Shown piece after piece: positions 1 to 14,335 of a stretch of 64,000 bases of DNA (position 1 is its first letter; each line of letters begins with the position of its first letter). The translations under genes and the position numbers were made by a program. Below the pieces are notes generated by a model. It had not been told where the DNA came from. It ran no database searches and worked only from the letters and a program-made list of their open reading frames with translations. This DNA is from Antedon mediterranea (Eukaryota; Animalia; Echinodermata): positions 930,001-994,000 of the forward strand of contig NC_092680.1 of assembly GCF_964355755.1 (NCBI RefSeq). Reading direction: 5' to 3'.

Positions 1-956
1 TAACTCCAAGTCGCTGGGACAACTATAACGCGCGCTGATTGGTTAGTTTCTGTCGCGTGCCGGGTTACAATACAAAGATCTTTTATCTGAGCTGGGAGGA
101 GTGACGTGTGGTCGGGGGCTTGCCTGGAGCCTAGCAAGCACACGCACCGATCAGGCTCACATAATCTCCACGTTAAACAATAGTTTATTGGCCCGGGTGG
201 CTGGTTAATACATTGGATTTTTTTTATACGATCAAATAATGATTAATGTTAAGATCATAGTAAATTATAATATTTGTACTACATTAAAACATTATAATTA
301 AACATATTTGCGGACACTTTTCTCAATTATGTGTACACGTGGGAGAGGTTTACGTAAATACGATCATAAGTGGCCTGAAGCATAGGGATACGAATGCCTG
401 AAGTGATTCTATAAATCAGTGTACTATCCCGTAAGGATTAAAAGTCGATTATTAACTTAACGAATTCATTAATGTTTAGCTATAATACACAAACAAAAAA
501 GCACGTCAGGATTTTTTCTAAAAGACAAAATTACGACTCCATTCCCAAAGACTTGTAATAAGACTTTGTTTATGTAGAACATATTGTGTATATTATGTTT
601 GTCTTGTGAAACTCTGAGGGTCCCTAATGATCAGAAATTGCTGGATGGATCGCTCTCGTTAAATATGGTTAAAAAAATAAGCATAATATCTTATAGGTGT
701 GCTTTTATTATACTCTTTTTCATGATAAAAATATTATTTTATTGAATAAATCTATCTGGGCTAGATGAATTGATGAATTATCATTATTAGATATCTTTAG
801 ATTGAACACTGTATAATATATAATATACTATACTATATAATATACTAGATTTAAACAATATTGAATATATGACGGGCCATGATGATTTCAGTCTGAACCA
901 TAAATGGAATAATTCCCCCATAGGCCTATATTTAATACATTTATTTAAAGCATAAA

Positions 957-1038
957 ATTATATTAACATTATATTAACATTATATTAACATTATATTAAC
1001 ATTATATTAACATTATATTAACATTATATTAACATTAT
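957..1038. repeat. Tandem repeat, 11-bp unit ATTATATTAAC x~7
   Basis: Direct reading. Confidence 0.9.
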
Positions 1039-3090
1039 GAAGATTAGTTTACAAACGTGTTTAGAAAACCAATAAGTGATATATTTTTTGTTTCCTCAAT
1101 TTCTGCAGGAGTTTTCTCTGATCGGTACCTATCGATACAACAGAGGGGACCCTCTTGAGTTTAATCGTGTTTTGCTCCGATGACCTTTCTTTCAACTATA
1201 TTATTATCAATATCTACGGGTGAGTAAATGTTGTTTTATTGTTGATACATGGTCAATATAATACTAAATAGACCATATAATTCAAATGTTGTTTAAATGG
1301 TACTTCGAACCAGGGATTCAATCTTCTGTTAGTGTTAGAACCAGTAAAACTTTAATAATTTGATAATTTGAAAAAATCACAATTTTCATTATCCGGTTCT
1401 GCCTGCTTTATTACTAAAGAAATAAAAATGTATATTAGGCCTAATGTATCATGTATCACTCATAAGCCAGAATTGGCTGGTCTGATAAAGATTTTAAAAA
1501 ATGTATCGATTAGCTTGGCAAATGAGGATTTTAGCCTACTATACTCATAAGGTATGTATGGCTCAATACTTCAAGCCTATACATAACGTGTAACAAATGA
1601 ATGGTGGCATAGTGCACAGAAGTAAACTAAATCTTGGTAGTCTACCTCATAAGAAGTGTACAGCCATATTACTATATAATTTGTTTTAAAGAAATGGATT
1701 TATATACACCGGAATCCTCTTTGTATATTGGAGATACTTAGAGTCTAAATTCCAAACAAAGTAAAAATTAAATGAAGTGAGGGTCAAACGTTTATTTTTA
1801 AAGTATAGTTTGACTAGAAAGAAGCTGGGGTTAATGTTCGTATCATCTTTGTTTACGCGTTGTCTAATCATAAACTATAACTTATTATATTTAACATTAA
1901 TAATAATATTTAATATTCGACATTAAGCCTAAATGTTTATATTAAAGGCATGATTGAATCAAATACTAGGATGTTGGGTGTGTACTTGTGCGGGTCGGTT
2001 GAAATTAATAGCGTCGGCATATTGGAATACAAAGCCTTCGGTAGTGTTTGGAAAGCCTCTAGTTTAGGGAGGATCATAGCGCTTCACCTTCGGGGAGGGG
2101 TCTAATAACAATGCATTCGCTGTAAAGCTATGTTGGTCTTTGTTATCACCATTGTTATAAGCGCGGTGCATTGTGATCAAAGAGAGAGCGACTTCGCCAT
2201 AACATTAACAATGTAATATATCAAATTTGGACGTATTTTATCATAAAACGAAATTTGTAGAAGAAAAAAAAATTCTTATTTTTTTAAATCAAATAAAAAT
2301 TACCAAACAGAAGAAACTTTATTATTTTATATACCTTTGATATCTTTTATTAAAACGTAATGATAACCCAACAAATTGAACTCGCGATATCATATAAAGT
2401 CCCGTGGCTATACCGTGTACTATTATTATTATAAATTAATTAAATAATAATAATATTAATACGTCTATCTTATAGAGCTTACTGCAAAAAGCATATAAGC
2501 ACTTCACGTTACCACCCCTGTAAAGTTTTGGATCAAACACGTCTGGAAAAATACTCCCATAATTAGTAAATATGATTTTAACAAACTCATCCTACACAAT
2601 ATTAGTATTACAATTCTGGTATGTTCACACACCAGGCCGCCTCACTGCATTCATACTGAAATATGATAAATTATTACGATTGACTAGTCTGTAAGCTTGA
2701 ATGAATAAATTAAAACAACTATAAAATGAAAGTACAGTTATTCTGTAATAATATTAATTATAAACAAACATCAGATTAAACAATCATGTATAGTATTTAA
2801 TCATCATACTAATTAGCAATAATAAAACTTAAAAGTAATGACTCCTTAGGCCTATTTTTCTTGTCCAAACTGTTTTTTATATTTCTTTTGGCTTTAAAAA
2901 ATTAATAAAGTACAGTACTAACGGTATTTGAAATGATAAACTGAATTTTTGTTTTTTTTAAACGTATATATCAATCATAATTAATGGTAGGCCTATATTA
3001 ATTATTGTTTTATTGATAATTAGAAGCTTTGTCATATTTGATTCAGATAATGATACTAAGGACAGCCTTTTAATGCCCAGTATATGCTTA

Positions 3091-3351
3091 AGCTCTGTCT
3101 ACACTATCAAACTAGTTTGACAAAAAAGTGTGATGTGCCCAAGTATTTTATTTTATTTTATTCAATCGAAACCACAGCGATAATTACCGCCACTCATGGT
3201 TTGATACAAAGTTGTATGTATAAATATGGTAGTTATATGCCCAAATATGGTAGTGATATTCCCAAATATGGTAGTTATATGACATCATCATGTCCATTAT
3301 GGGCACATCACATTTTTTTGTTGCATAACGTTTGATAGTGTAGACAGAGAT
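3091..3351. mobile_element. MITE family C (Harbinger-like, TIR AGCTCTGTCTACACTATCAAAC, TWA flanks)
   Basis: TTA flanks both ends; core TGTGATGTGCCCAAATATGGTAGTGATATGACATCATCATGTCC. Other copies or fragments at ~31131-31256, 33824-33980, 41752-41855, 42473-42579, 43184-43312, 53875-54029, 61282-61361. Confidence 0.75.
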
Positions 3352-6300
3352 TTAGATTTTCTACGTACATACTCATGTCTGCCTGCATTTTTGTTCTCCA
3401 TACCAAAAATATTCGTTTTTGCATGCCGTACAAAAGTTCCCGTTACATATATATTTGATCGTAATTAAATGTACGCATTATGTTGTTTGCACTCAATTTA
3501 ATGGTATTTAATCAGATCCTACTTGGATATGTTATAACTAATCCTAAGTTTAAATCGTGTTAATTAATTATAGAATTCAACTATTCGTTTTAATAAACAT
3601 CTGCAGCTGCCAGTGGGCGTGTAATTATTACTTGTAGTAGGCCTATAGGGTAAAAAAAAGAAATGTATCTTGTTTAAAAGCCTAAGCCCGGAGATTATCA
3701 TCTTTAATTTAGCTAGCCAAATGTCTGTTTCTACCTTGAAGTAAAGACTACAGCATATTGCATTTATTTTTGCTAAATTTAAAAAAAAAAAAAATTGATT
3801 TTCCAAAGTACGTGACTGAAAATAAGAACAAAATTGTGCTCTATATGTGTGTGTTTGCAGCCTATCCACACTCACTCCCACACTCCAACTATGTAGCCTA
3901 AAGAATGGTCAATCATCAAAGCACATATACAGTATCAGAATGTCTGTTCATGATAGTCAGTTAATATTTATAAAACAATTATTTGTTTTACATAATCATA
4001 ATAGGATTTTCTTTAAAAGTTGTCTTTGATTTATTACAATTGCTGAAAGTGTGTTTGCTGAATGGTTTATCCAACAGCTTGCTGATAAAACTAACAACAT
4101 CCTGATGATAAATTGACCTGTCATCCACTTGTCTATAATATCAATAGGCACGCGAGCAATATACTAATAGAACATTATTTAACGAATGTATAACCACCGG
4201 GCACAAATCGTGTGGGCACGCGAACACAATACCTTACGTAACACTACAACCTATTGTTTTTGCTTCAAACTTTTCTACTTGTATTTTTGCTAGGAAGTAA
4301 CTTGATACATTTAATTGTACACTTACACTTGTATTGTGTTTGTGATAGTTGAACAACAATCTAAATCATTGTATTATGGTAAAGCTGCATCCTCTGCTAA
4401 GTTGATGTAATAAGGGGCAGATGGAACGTGATAGGGGCTGTACACAATAGCAAGCGTGTGGTCACTGTCATTAACAACTCATATCCACTACAAAGGTCTA
4501 AACGATGATCACTTTTTTGTTTACATTTTATTTCTACTGCTACTTTTATTCAAAACCGAAAGGTTCACTTGTCAACTATCAGTTGATTTTATTTAATACA
4601 CTTTTACTATATTTTGTTTTGTATTCATTTGTGTAAAGTAATGATCTGCTGTATGTATTGATGTAAATTGGTTAGGATGGCGATTGTGTAGGGGTTGATA
4701 GTTTCTTTTGCCTTTATACTTTTCTGTATGTAAATTAATTAATTGTTATATTTTATATTGTTATTGTGAAGGATGCACATATGTGCTAAGTGTGTCACCG
4801 ATCTAAAGGTGTAATTCCAACTAGGCCTTAATAAATAAACTTGGTTTAACAATGATGGTTGATTCAACCTGCTAGTGGCGGTTTCATCGCTGTTGGTTGA
4901 CAACTGAATAAAATAAAATAAAAAAACAAACAAAATCTCCATACTGCGCAGGCAATTAAAGTGTATATCATTCAATTATATTATTTACTTATTTAATGAT
5001 ATGCCTCAGAGTAAATCGATATCTATTTGTTCTTGTCAAGATAATATGTTTACAAAAACAACATTAATTTAAACATAACATGTTTTTCAATACTTTATTA
5101 TACTGTAACATTATGACTAATCATGATTTGGCATATATTATATTTTATATATTTCGTTTTCTTTTTTTTTTTAACTTTCAATGGTATCCAATGAATCCAT
5201 ACGTTTGATATTTTGATCATGTGGAAATAAGAAGTACCGTAATAAAACATTTCTCCGTTGTAGCGATAAATCAATCATATTTCACAAATCAATATTATAT
5301 ATAATATTATTTTTTTTAAATAGGCCTAAAATTATTATAATTCCATGTGTAAATTCACACAATTTACCTAAAGTCTTTTGTTTATTATATTCGCTAACAA
5401 AGAATAAGTTCTCGCTCCATCCAATCGCTATAATAATTGTATCGTCGTGTTATAAGATACTATTACGGTATACCTACCCGGTAAGTTTGACTCGCGTACG
5501 GTGATATACCAGTAACATATTAACACTACCATGCTCTCTTTGAAGGAACAATAGAATAATTTGAAACACTTTTTAATATTTTCACGGGTACAAACAATTC
5601 TCATTCGTAAAGAATATGCAAATTAGATCAAACAGTGCACATTATTAATTTTAATTACACTTTCGAGGTGAAAGAAATAAAATATATTTCTTTCGTTATC
5701 TAAGTCTTGATTAAGAAATAGATAAACTAAAAAAATGAAGAATTATAATTCGTTCGGTGGGTACTCCTTTTGTACACATTATGGTATAGAACAGTACCGT
5801 AGTAAACTTGACAAAATAAAATAGTTAAAATCTGTAAAATGCATTAAAAATTAATAATGATGTAATATATAGCTATTACAGAAGTGAAAACTGCGGGACT
5901 AATATGAAAATATTAGTTTGTTTCTTTCAGTATACAAGATACCCAGGAATGGTTAAGTCTTTAAAATGTTTTAATATTTGCCATTATTGAAACTATTAAA
6001 TGTTGAATTTTCAATAGTAACTCCTAGTATAACTCCTACACAATATCACATAGCGAAATCAATGCTATTTGGAAAGCTCGCTTGCGTGTCGCGCGCCGCG
6101 AACGGATATCTCCATATTGGTGAATCTCCGTATTTGGTGATGGGTTTCCTGACATTCAGGATGACACTTAGTATGATTATGCTAATTATTACATCGTGAT
6201 GATAACGAGTATTTTAAATGATGGTATTTTATATACAAAAGAATCTAAAGGTTCGGCCTATCGTATTTTAATTTATTCAGATTTGTTGTAAAAGAATTTA

Positions 6301-6479
6301 GTTACAAACAGTACAACACGACACAGGCACGTGGCGGGTATTCTCTATCATTGTTCCCTTGAGTTTATTATATAATAATTAGTTATAAACAAATTAGAAT
6401 TTCTAAGTTATTATTGATAGGTACAGTACAATAGTTACACTAATACTTATGATGGTATTTCGGTGAAAAACAAAAAGAC

Positions 6480-6541
6480 TGGTCAATCTAGCCATCCATT
6501 GGTCAATCTAGCCATCCATTGGTCAATCTAGCCATCCATTG
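6480..6541. repeat. Tandem repeat, 20-bp unit TGGTCAATCTAGCCATCCAT x3
   Basis: Direct reading. Confidence 0.9.
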
Positions 6542-7663
6542 ATCGTCGCGAAAAAATGAGTAAACTCTATTAGCAATATCACACTTGTAGTCAGACAGTA
6601 GCAGCATTCTTGTAGGCCTATATGAATATATTATTGTTGAATAAAAACTCCGAACGTTTTTTTAGTTTTTCCATTTTAATCTAGTTCGGCTTTCTTGTGT
6701 TAATTTACTCCAACTCATAAGTCGTTTATTGTCAAACTGTTCATCATTTCGGCCACCTAATATTCGACTTACGGGGAAACGACCTGCGTAAGTGGAAGAA
6801 AAATAAATAAAAGACTAGACTTTGATTTCTGCAATATTTATTAGTTTGATAATTATTTATTATATTAACAAACGCGCCTAATCCTTCTCATGATTGTATT
6901 GTATGCAGCCTATACTATAAAAGCTTAATTTTCGGACCATATTTTCTCTTTTTTCCTGTTGTTATAGCCTAGGTGAACTTACAAAATAAAATTAATCGAA
7001 AAGACACATTATTTATTCAATGTTTGATTTGAGGCCTAATTTAAGATAAAATAAGCAAGTGTACCATCACTAAATAAAGCCTTACTAGATTCCTCCATGT
7101 GAAGATTAAGTTTACTACCAATATTGAATATCATTTTAAGTTATAAATTCGGAAGCTACGGTAATTTAACAATCATGACATGACATATTTGTACATTGAT
7201 AACAATACATTGCAATAGTTTAATCAACAAGATTAAATTGCAATAGTTACTTAGTTGACCGATTGACGTGATTGTGATGTATCCATGGTTTACTAAATTC
7301 GAAGTCTTTCTGACTTATCTGACTCCTTGACTGAACTACTTTTGTTTTCATTGTATGTATATGCAAGTTTATCTATTAACTAACTAGTTTATCATTATGT
7401 TATTGTGTGTTATAATAGTTGTTATTTTGTGATAAATAGAAATTGAAATTGAACTTACAAAAAAACTTCGAGATATAAATTACAAAAGTTAGTTCACTTT
7501 GTTACATTGTTTTTATATGGTGTAACTAATTACTATGGTATTACTATAGGGAAAAGTCACTTTGAGCTTTACTATTACTGTATATCTTGGTAATATACGA
7601 TCATTTGGCAATTGGAACTTTTAATCATTTCCGGTATTAGAATTTTAACGTTATTTTCCTTAA

Positions 7664-7985
7664 AGATGTATTGTCCCCAGAAAAAATAATTCTTAAAAGA
7701 TTTTTGGCTGAATATGCCATTTTAATACCACAAAATAGTTATTCACTTTGACCAAAAAGTAAATAAACAAATTATGTAACTGAAAACTTTAGTTTAAAGC
7801 AAAAAATAATCAAATTGGCTGCCAGCCAATGGGTTTTTGATTAAATTTGAAATTTGTTTTTGTCATTTTATACGTGTAAACATATTTTTTTTTATGGAAG
7901 TGATTAACTTTATTAACATTACAAAATGGCCTATTCAAAGTTCGATTTTATTAAACTTCATTGTTCATTTTTTGTGGGGCAATTG
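7664..7985. mobile_element. Degenerate copy of the same Kolobok-like family
   Basis: TTAA+AGATGTATTGTCCC at the left end; subterminal blocks resemble those of 13138-13684; right TIR decayed (GGGGCAAT). Confidence 0.6.
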
Positions 7986-8131
7986 AAAGTATAAACCAAT
8001 TGAGTTGAATGTTTTCATATTTTATTTATCTATTTATTAAAAAATCGGCATACAGGTCATGGGCTAACACAGTTGGGAGCTTAGTTATAAAGGCAATGCA
8101 AAATATAATATGTTTATTTGTTTGCTACTAC

Positions 8132-8449
8132 ATTATAGGCCTACTACAGTTTACTATATTATAGGCCTACTACAGTTTACTATATTGTAGGCCTACTACA
8201 GTTTACTATATTATAGGCCTACTACAGTTTACTATATTGTAGGCCTACTACAGTTTACTATATTATAGGCCTACTACAGTTTACTATATTATAGGCCTAC
8301 TACAGTTTACTATATTATAGGCCTACTACAGTTTACTATATTGTAGGCCTACTACAGTTTACTATATTATAGGCCTACTACAGTTTACTATATTGTAGGC
8401 CTACTACAGTTTACTATATTATAGGCCTACTACAGTTTACTATATTGTA
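8132..8449. repeat. Minisatellite, 26-bp unit ATT(A/G)TAGGCCTACTACAGTTTACTAT x~12
   Basis: Direct reading; one A/G variant position. Confidence 0.92.
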
Positions 8450-9097
8450 CAATATGAAATGATTAGAACACGCTGTTGTTGTGTTTTCGTAGTAATTATT
8501 TGAACTCGTGCAAACCAAACATAAAGTATTTGTTGTTTTATGATTTTCGTCATTTCTAATATTAATATTAGCGTCAGATTTCAAAATATTGAATACACAA
8601 TGATCATATTTCCAAAACGACCACGCAATTTAAATGCAAAGTTTAAACTTTGACCTTGCTGCGATGGATGCGGTGTTTGTATGAGGATACTTAAAACAGA
8701 AAAACCGTATGAATTATAGTGAATAACAGAAAAGTCTATACCCGCGTATTTATGCTATTAAAACAACAACTTCATTTTGAATATGCTGTTGTTATTTCTT
8801 GATTCAAGATGGAATATCATTAAAATTTACAACCAACTCGAGTAGTTGCTAATTTGCATATTTGGCGTAATCTTTTTCGAAAAAACAACAACGCGTTTAG
8901 ATGTATTATCAGAATATATGAGAATACATTAAATATGCCTACAGAAATTATTATCATATATTTGTTCGTTTTATCTAGAATTTCTTGCTATCAAATTAAC
9001 ACTCAAAATCATATTTCAAATTTTATTATTCGTTGTTTTAAATGTGCATACTGTAAACCAATATAATAATGTTAGGTTTAATAATGTATTTTGTAGC

Positions 9098-9409
9098 ATG
9101 GACCAGGTCAATGGACCAGGTCAATGGACCAGGTCAATGGACCAGGTCAATGGACCAGGTCAATGGACCAGGTCAATGGACCAGGTCAATGGACCAGGTC
9201 AATGGACCAGGTCAATGGACCAGGTCAATGGACCAGGTCAATGGACCAGGTCAATGGACCAGGTCAATGGACCAGGTCAATGGACCAGGTCAATGGACCA
9301 GGTCAATGGACCAGGTCAATGGACCAGGTCAATGGACCAGGTCAATGGACCAGGTCAATGGACCAGGTCAATGGACCAGGTCAATGGACCAGGTCAATGG
9401 ACCAGGTCA
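9098..9409. repeat. Perfect minisatellite, 13-bp unit ATGGACCAGGTCA x24
   Basis: 312 nt = 24 x 13; this explains the three repetitive ORFs in the track. Confidence 0.95.
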
Positions 9410-10691
9410 ATATATTAGATCGGTTTTAACAAATCACCTTCTGTGTTGTCATTACTCAAACTTTGTTTACATTCATTCTCTCATTCAAATTATTATTGTT
9501 TGTTAAAAGAATAATACGACGCTATTCGATAATAAACAATACATCTTAGTAAAAATGTCGAAACTTATTTTTCAAATCATCCTCTAACATAATAATGTAA
9601 ATGATGTTTAAATGTCCTTAGCCTCCAATATTGTATTAAAGTTGTGTTACTGAATTGAGGAAGAATAAGATCTGATAATTAAACGAACTAAAAGACATTT
9701 AGAATTTAGAATTATGTTAAGCGATGTTATTCTTTTCAAAAGTGTTTAAATGTATAGAAATGTATCTGTGTTTAGGCAGTATACGAATATATTGTATTTT
9801 GAAATGCGAATACTAGTAAAACAATCTTTTTCTTACTGTTTAGTGTTATTTATGTGAAAAATAACCGTCACTGTAATTCTAAATAGTTGTATATTTTATT
9901 TTGAAACAAAAAATAATTGAACTGTTATCTGTAGGCATACAGACCTACTGGGAAAAACATTGTAATGCTTTTTTTATGTAATTTAGGCCTATATTAAATA
10001 CAGTAAATATTGCAACCAATTCAAAAAATCTTTGCATAGGAACATTTCTAATTGATGAGTAATATTGTAAAAATTATATGAATGTAAAGTAAGAGGCGGT
10101 GCAGAGAAACGGCCACGCCTTCTGGGGCGAGTATCGTGCGGGGAGGAGCCGTGTGGGGGAGGGGCGCGCGGTGAGTTCAATATAGAGTGGAACTATTCAC
10201 TAATAGTGTGCGGTATTCGGATAATTTTTTTTCTCTTTTGTGGTTCACAACCATTATTCATTCATCTTTTGATATTTTTTATACACGATAATGTAATACG
10301 GTAAATGTTCTACCTTTTTCGTTTATTTTATTTATTTATTTTATTTTATTCAATTTTCAGACAAAAAACATGACAACAAGACAGCGGTGCAGCACCCTGA
10401 GGATTGCCATGAGTGCAAAGCACTATCGAGAAACATATAAGCAAACAATAAAAATAGAAAGATATTAATTCGTTATTTTCTGTTTTCTCATAATTTCATC
10501 TGTCTTGCATTTAGGTCTATACAATTTTTAATTAGAACAGTATTATACTATAAGTATAAATATTGATCAATATAGTAAAATAATATTTTTTTCTTATGTA
10601 TGTAATTATATACATAACGTCTCCCTTTTTAAAAATATGTTTTTAACAACATTTTACATTTCATTAATGATAATGCTACAAATCATGACTT

Positions 10692-11289
10692 TAAAATGCA
10701 CCCCGTCTTTGACTCTTTTCAATAAACATGATTATTATACCTAAAATGCACCCCGTCTTTGACTCTTTTCAATAAACATGATTATTATACCTAAAATGCA
10801 CCCCGTCTTTGACTCTTTTCAATAAACATGATTATTATACCTAAAATGCACCCCGTCTTTGACTCTTTTCAATAAACATGATTATTATACCTAAAATGCA
10901 CCCCGTCTTTGACTCTTTTCAATAAACATGATTATTATACCTAAAATGCACCCGTCTTTGACTCTTTTCAATCAACATGATTATTATACCAAAAATGCAC
11001 CCCGTCTTTGACTCTTTTCAATAAACATGATTATTATACCTAAAATGCACCCCGTCTTTGACTCTTTTCAATAAACATGATTATTATACCTAAAATGCAC
11101 CCCGTCTTTGACTCTTTTCAATCAACATGATTATTATACCTAAAATGCACCCCGTCTTTGACTCTTTTCAATCAACATGATTATTATACCTAAAATGCAC
11201 CCCGTCTTTGACTCTTTTCAATCAACATGATTATTATACCTAAAATGCACCCCGTCTTTGACTCTTTTCAATCAACATGATTATTATAC
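10692..11289. repeat. Minisatellite, 50-bp unit TAAAATGCACCCCGTCTTTGACTCTTTTCAAT(A/C)AACATGATTATTATACC x~12
   Basis: Direct reading; no unique spacers. Confidence 0.93.
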
Positions 11290-12190
11290 ATATCAATCCA
11301 TATCAAGTATTGTAATATAGAATATGTATAGACCTACAGTATATTTTTTTCAAAAAAAAAAAAAACAATTTTTGAAAATACTAATAGAATATTTTTTAAC
11401 GGCATTAATAATTTAAATTGCAATTAATATATTAATACTCCATATATTGAACATTAATTAAATGTAACAATGATATTCTAAATTATCCTTTAAAATAATG
11501 TTTAATTTTACAGCTTATTGAGTTCAGTTAAAATTTCTACCGTGTAAATAACGTAAGCCGTACCCTAGAAGAAGTTCTTTAAACAAACTACTGCATGTTG
11601 TCTAGCTTTTTGAACATGTTGTTACGTATATACAATAAAAAAACATGTGTTTTTCGTTTTCAATGACGCCACAATTCTGACATTAGCAGTATTAACAATA
11701 GCATTCAGTAATTTTTAGTTTAATTGTGCTTTATATTTTTTTTTACTTTTCTTTTCCAGACCTCAAAACAATTGATTATTTTAAAGATTTATTAGTTTCT
11801 GTTTGACAACAATGTAGTTTAAAATTAGTATACAACCTCAAAACAATTGATTATTTTAAAGATTTATTAGTTTCTGACAAAAATAAATGTAGTTTAAAAT
11901 TAGCATATAACCTATCATGATAATGTTTATAAAATATATTCGTCAGAACAAAATTCAAATAAAAGGCAAAACAAATTTCAATATTTCAGATTAAAACGCT
12001 AAATCTTTTAAACATAGGCCTAAATAATCAATACGTAAATAATCAATCCAAAATATGCTATGAAGCGTTGAGTAATACTGTATAAGAAAGTATATCATGT
12101 AGCGATATAGTTAGGGGCGGTGTAACCATTTCCACGCCCTTTTAGGGTTTGGATCTGCTGGCATACCGCGAAGGAGGGGCAAGCTGTGCA

Positions 12191-12491
12191 GGCTTTGATA
12201 TAGTGGGATGATCAGTAAGCCTATCGGTACGGCGGTAGGCGTAATAGTTAGACCTCTTTCTGCATTACCAAGCCAATACATTGTATTGTAAATCTAGTTC
12301 AGGTTTCGCAATATACAACCACGTAAATCAACGTGTAAGCAGTGGCTTTGATATAGTGGGAGGATCAGTAAGCCTATCGGTACGGCGGTAGGCGTAATAG
12401 TTACCCTCTTTCTGCGTTACCAAGCCAATACATAGTATTGTAAATCTAGTTCAGGTTCGCAATATACAACCACATAAATCAACATGTAAGC
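12191..12491. repeat. Tandem duplication of a ~150-bp CpG-containing segment
   Basis: GGCTTTGATATAGTGGGA...TGTAAGC at 12191-12340 and 12344-12491. Confidence 0.88.
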
Positions 12492-13137
12492 GCTTTAATT
12501 TGCAATTTTAAAGTTGTAAAATAACGTAAACACGATTTAAAATATCCTATTTACTTTTGATTTGCTTCGTTCAAAATTTAAATTTGTAACACCATCTTGT
12601 ACAGATACAGATACATTTTATTCCATCAAATATAACTAAAATATATTAGTTAGTTTGCTATGTAACTTCACGGAATATTCGACGATTTTTATTTAGGCAA
12701 AGATGAGCATAATACATTATATAGTCCTAATTTATTTAAGATTTGTTTGTAATAAGATTTAGGCCTACTGGCGCGTTCTTTTGATTCAAGACATACGTTA
12801 TTTGTACAATGTACTGATTGGAATAATAAGTGGACAATCATTTTTGGATTCCATAGCTTCAGAAAATATGGATTCCAATAATTTAGAGCTTTGATGCTTT
12901 GAAATAAATCCATTGTATACGTAATTATGCTAGATTTAAGAATTGTATTTGGCCATATTTCCTTTGACACTGATTTCAGGGATGCGCTACCGTAATTGTA
13001 GGCCTAAAATATACTGAGTAGAATTAAATAAAGAAATAATAATAATCATTTTAATTTCTTTAATTTAATTACAGAATATATTTTATTCATTGGCGAATTA
13101 TTCTACAGGTTGCCGTATGGTTTTTAATCTATTTTAA

Positions 13138-13684
13138 AGATGTATTGTCCCTTTGACTAATTCCAAAAAAATAAAAAATAAAAGATTTCGAAAAAAGGTG
13201 GGTCATTTTGAAGTATCATAATAGTTATTAACTATCACCAAAAATTTTTCGAAAAAAAAAAATTTTTAACTGAAATACAGACGTTTTTTTGTTAAAAAAA
13301 TAACTTTGACTTCCAGTCAAAGTTTTCAATCAAAACATATCCCATAATGCAACGCACTTGTTTGGCTACTCTGTATGCATAATCATAAAACATCCTCATG
13401 ATCTGTGTGAAAATACCTTCTCTACCGTGACGAGTTGTAAACAATCCTAATTTATCATATGCATAATGCGTACTCATGGTTTGAAATCTTTGTTTACTTT
13501 CGCTCGTGACGATTTTCCAGATGAAATGTAATCAAACTAATTTACCTGTTAATTACGTAAACTTGTTGTTTTGGCTTAAATTTTCGACTTAAAGTGAATA
13601 ACTTTAATATTACTTTGATATGGCCACTTTAAATTTAGAATATTTTGACCTTCATTTTTTTGTGTTTCAAGGGACAATACATCT
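13138..13684. mobile_element. Non-autonomous Kolobok-like DNA transposon
   Basis: TIRs AGATGTATTGTCCC / GGGACAATACATCT flanked on both sides by TTAA (13134-13137, 13685-13688). A TTAA TSD with AG...CT (RR...YY) ends fits Kolobok rather than piggyBac. Confidence 0.75.
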
Positions 13685-13687
13685 TTA

Positions 13688-14335
13688 AGCTTTGTCCCCA
13701 CTTAGGACGCAACACAAGGACCTAAGCGCAACGCAAGCGACCTGACCAATGATAAAGACACAGATAATCCATTGCATGTGATCCAAATTATTTGCGTTGC
13801 TTTTACGTCTTTGCGTTGCGTCCTAATGCGAACCAAGCTTTAGAATTGAGCTGAGTTTCTTAGTCTAAAAAACATATTATTTCGCCGGTAACAATCTCAT
13901 TTCTGATTTGCGTAACTTTTTAAAATATGGAAATAATAATAATAATTTATGGAATCCAACAATTTCTTTAATTTAATTAGGCCTACAGAATATATTTTAT
14001 TCATTATCGAATTATTCTACAAGTCGCCGTATGGTTTAAAGCGTATAGTCCCAAACGCAAGGACGTAAACTCAACGCAAGCGTGCTGACCGGCCAAATTA
14101 TTTGCGTTGCGCTGACGTCCTTGCGTTGCGTCCTCAAGCTTGGTTCCCACTAGAACGTAACGCAAGGACGTAAACGCAACGCAAGCGTTTTAAGCAATGA
14201 CAAGCGAAGTTATAGACAGTTAGCAATCACAAGCGAATAAGTCATCGCTTGTGATTGGTCAATTTATTTGCGTTGCGTTACGTCCTTGCGTTGCGTCGCT
14301 AGTGGGAACCACCCTTAATGCGAATGCGAAGCTGT
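13688..14335. mobile_element. Cluster of family B MITEs (same TIR as A, different core): ~13688-13839, and a host ~14040-14335 carrying a nested copy at 14137-14315
   Basis: Core TGACCAATCACAAGCGA...TCGCTTGTGATTGGTCAA with CGCAACGCAAGGACGTAA subterminal repeats. Confidence 0.75.

Noticed and set aside
877-897. C/D box snoRNA-like ATGATGA...CTGA
   Set aside because: The boxes are only a few nucleotides apart, far too short for a snoRNA.
9044-9506. Three overlapping ORFs encoding (MDQVNGPGQWTRS)n
   Set aside because: They result from a stop-free 13-bp tandem repeat, with no synonymous variation or flanking coding context.
10692-11289. CRISPR-like appearance of regular arrays (also 19261-19676 and 23438-24245)
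   Set aside because: Units abut with no unique spacers, there are no cas genes, and the context is an intron-rich eukaryotic genome.
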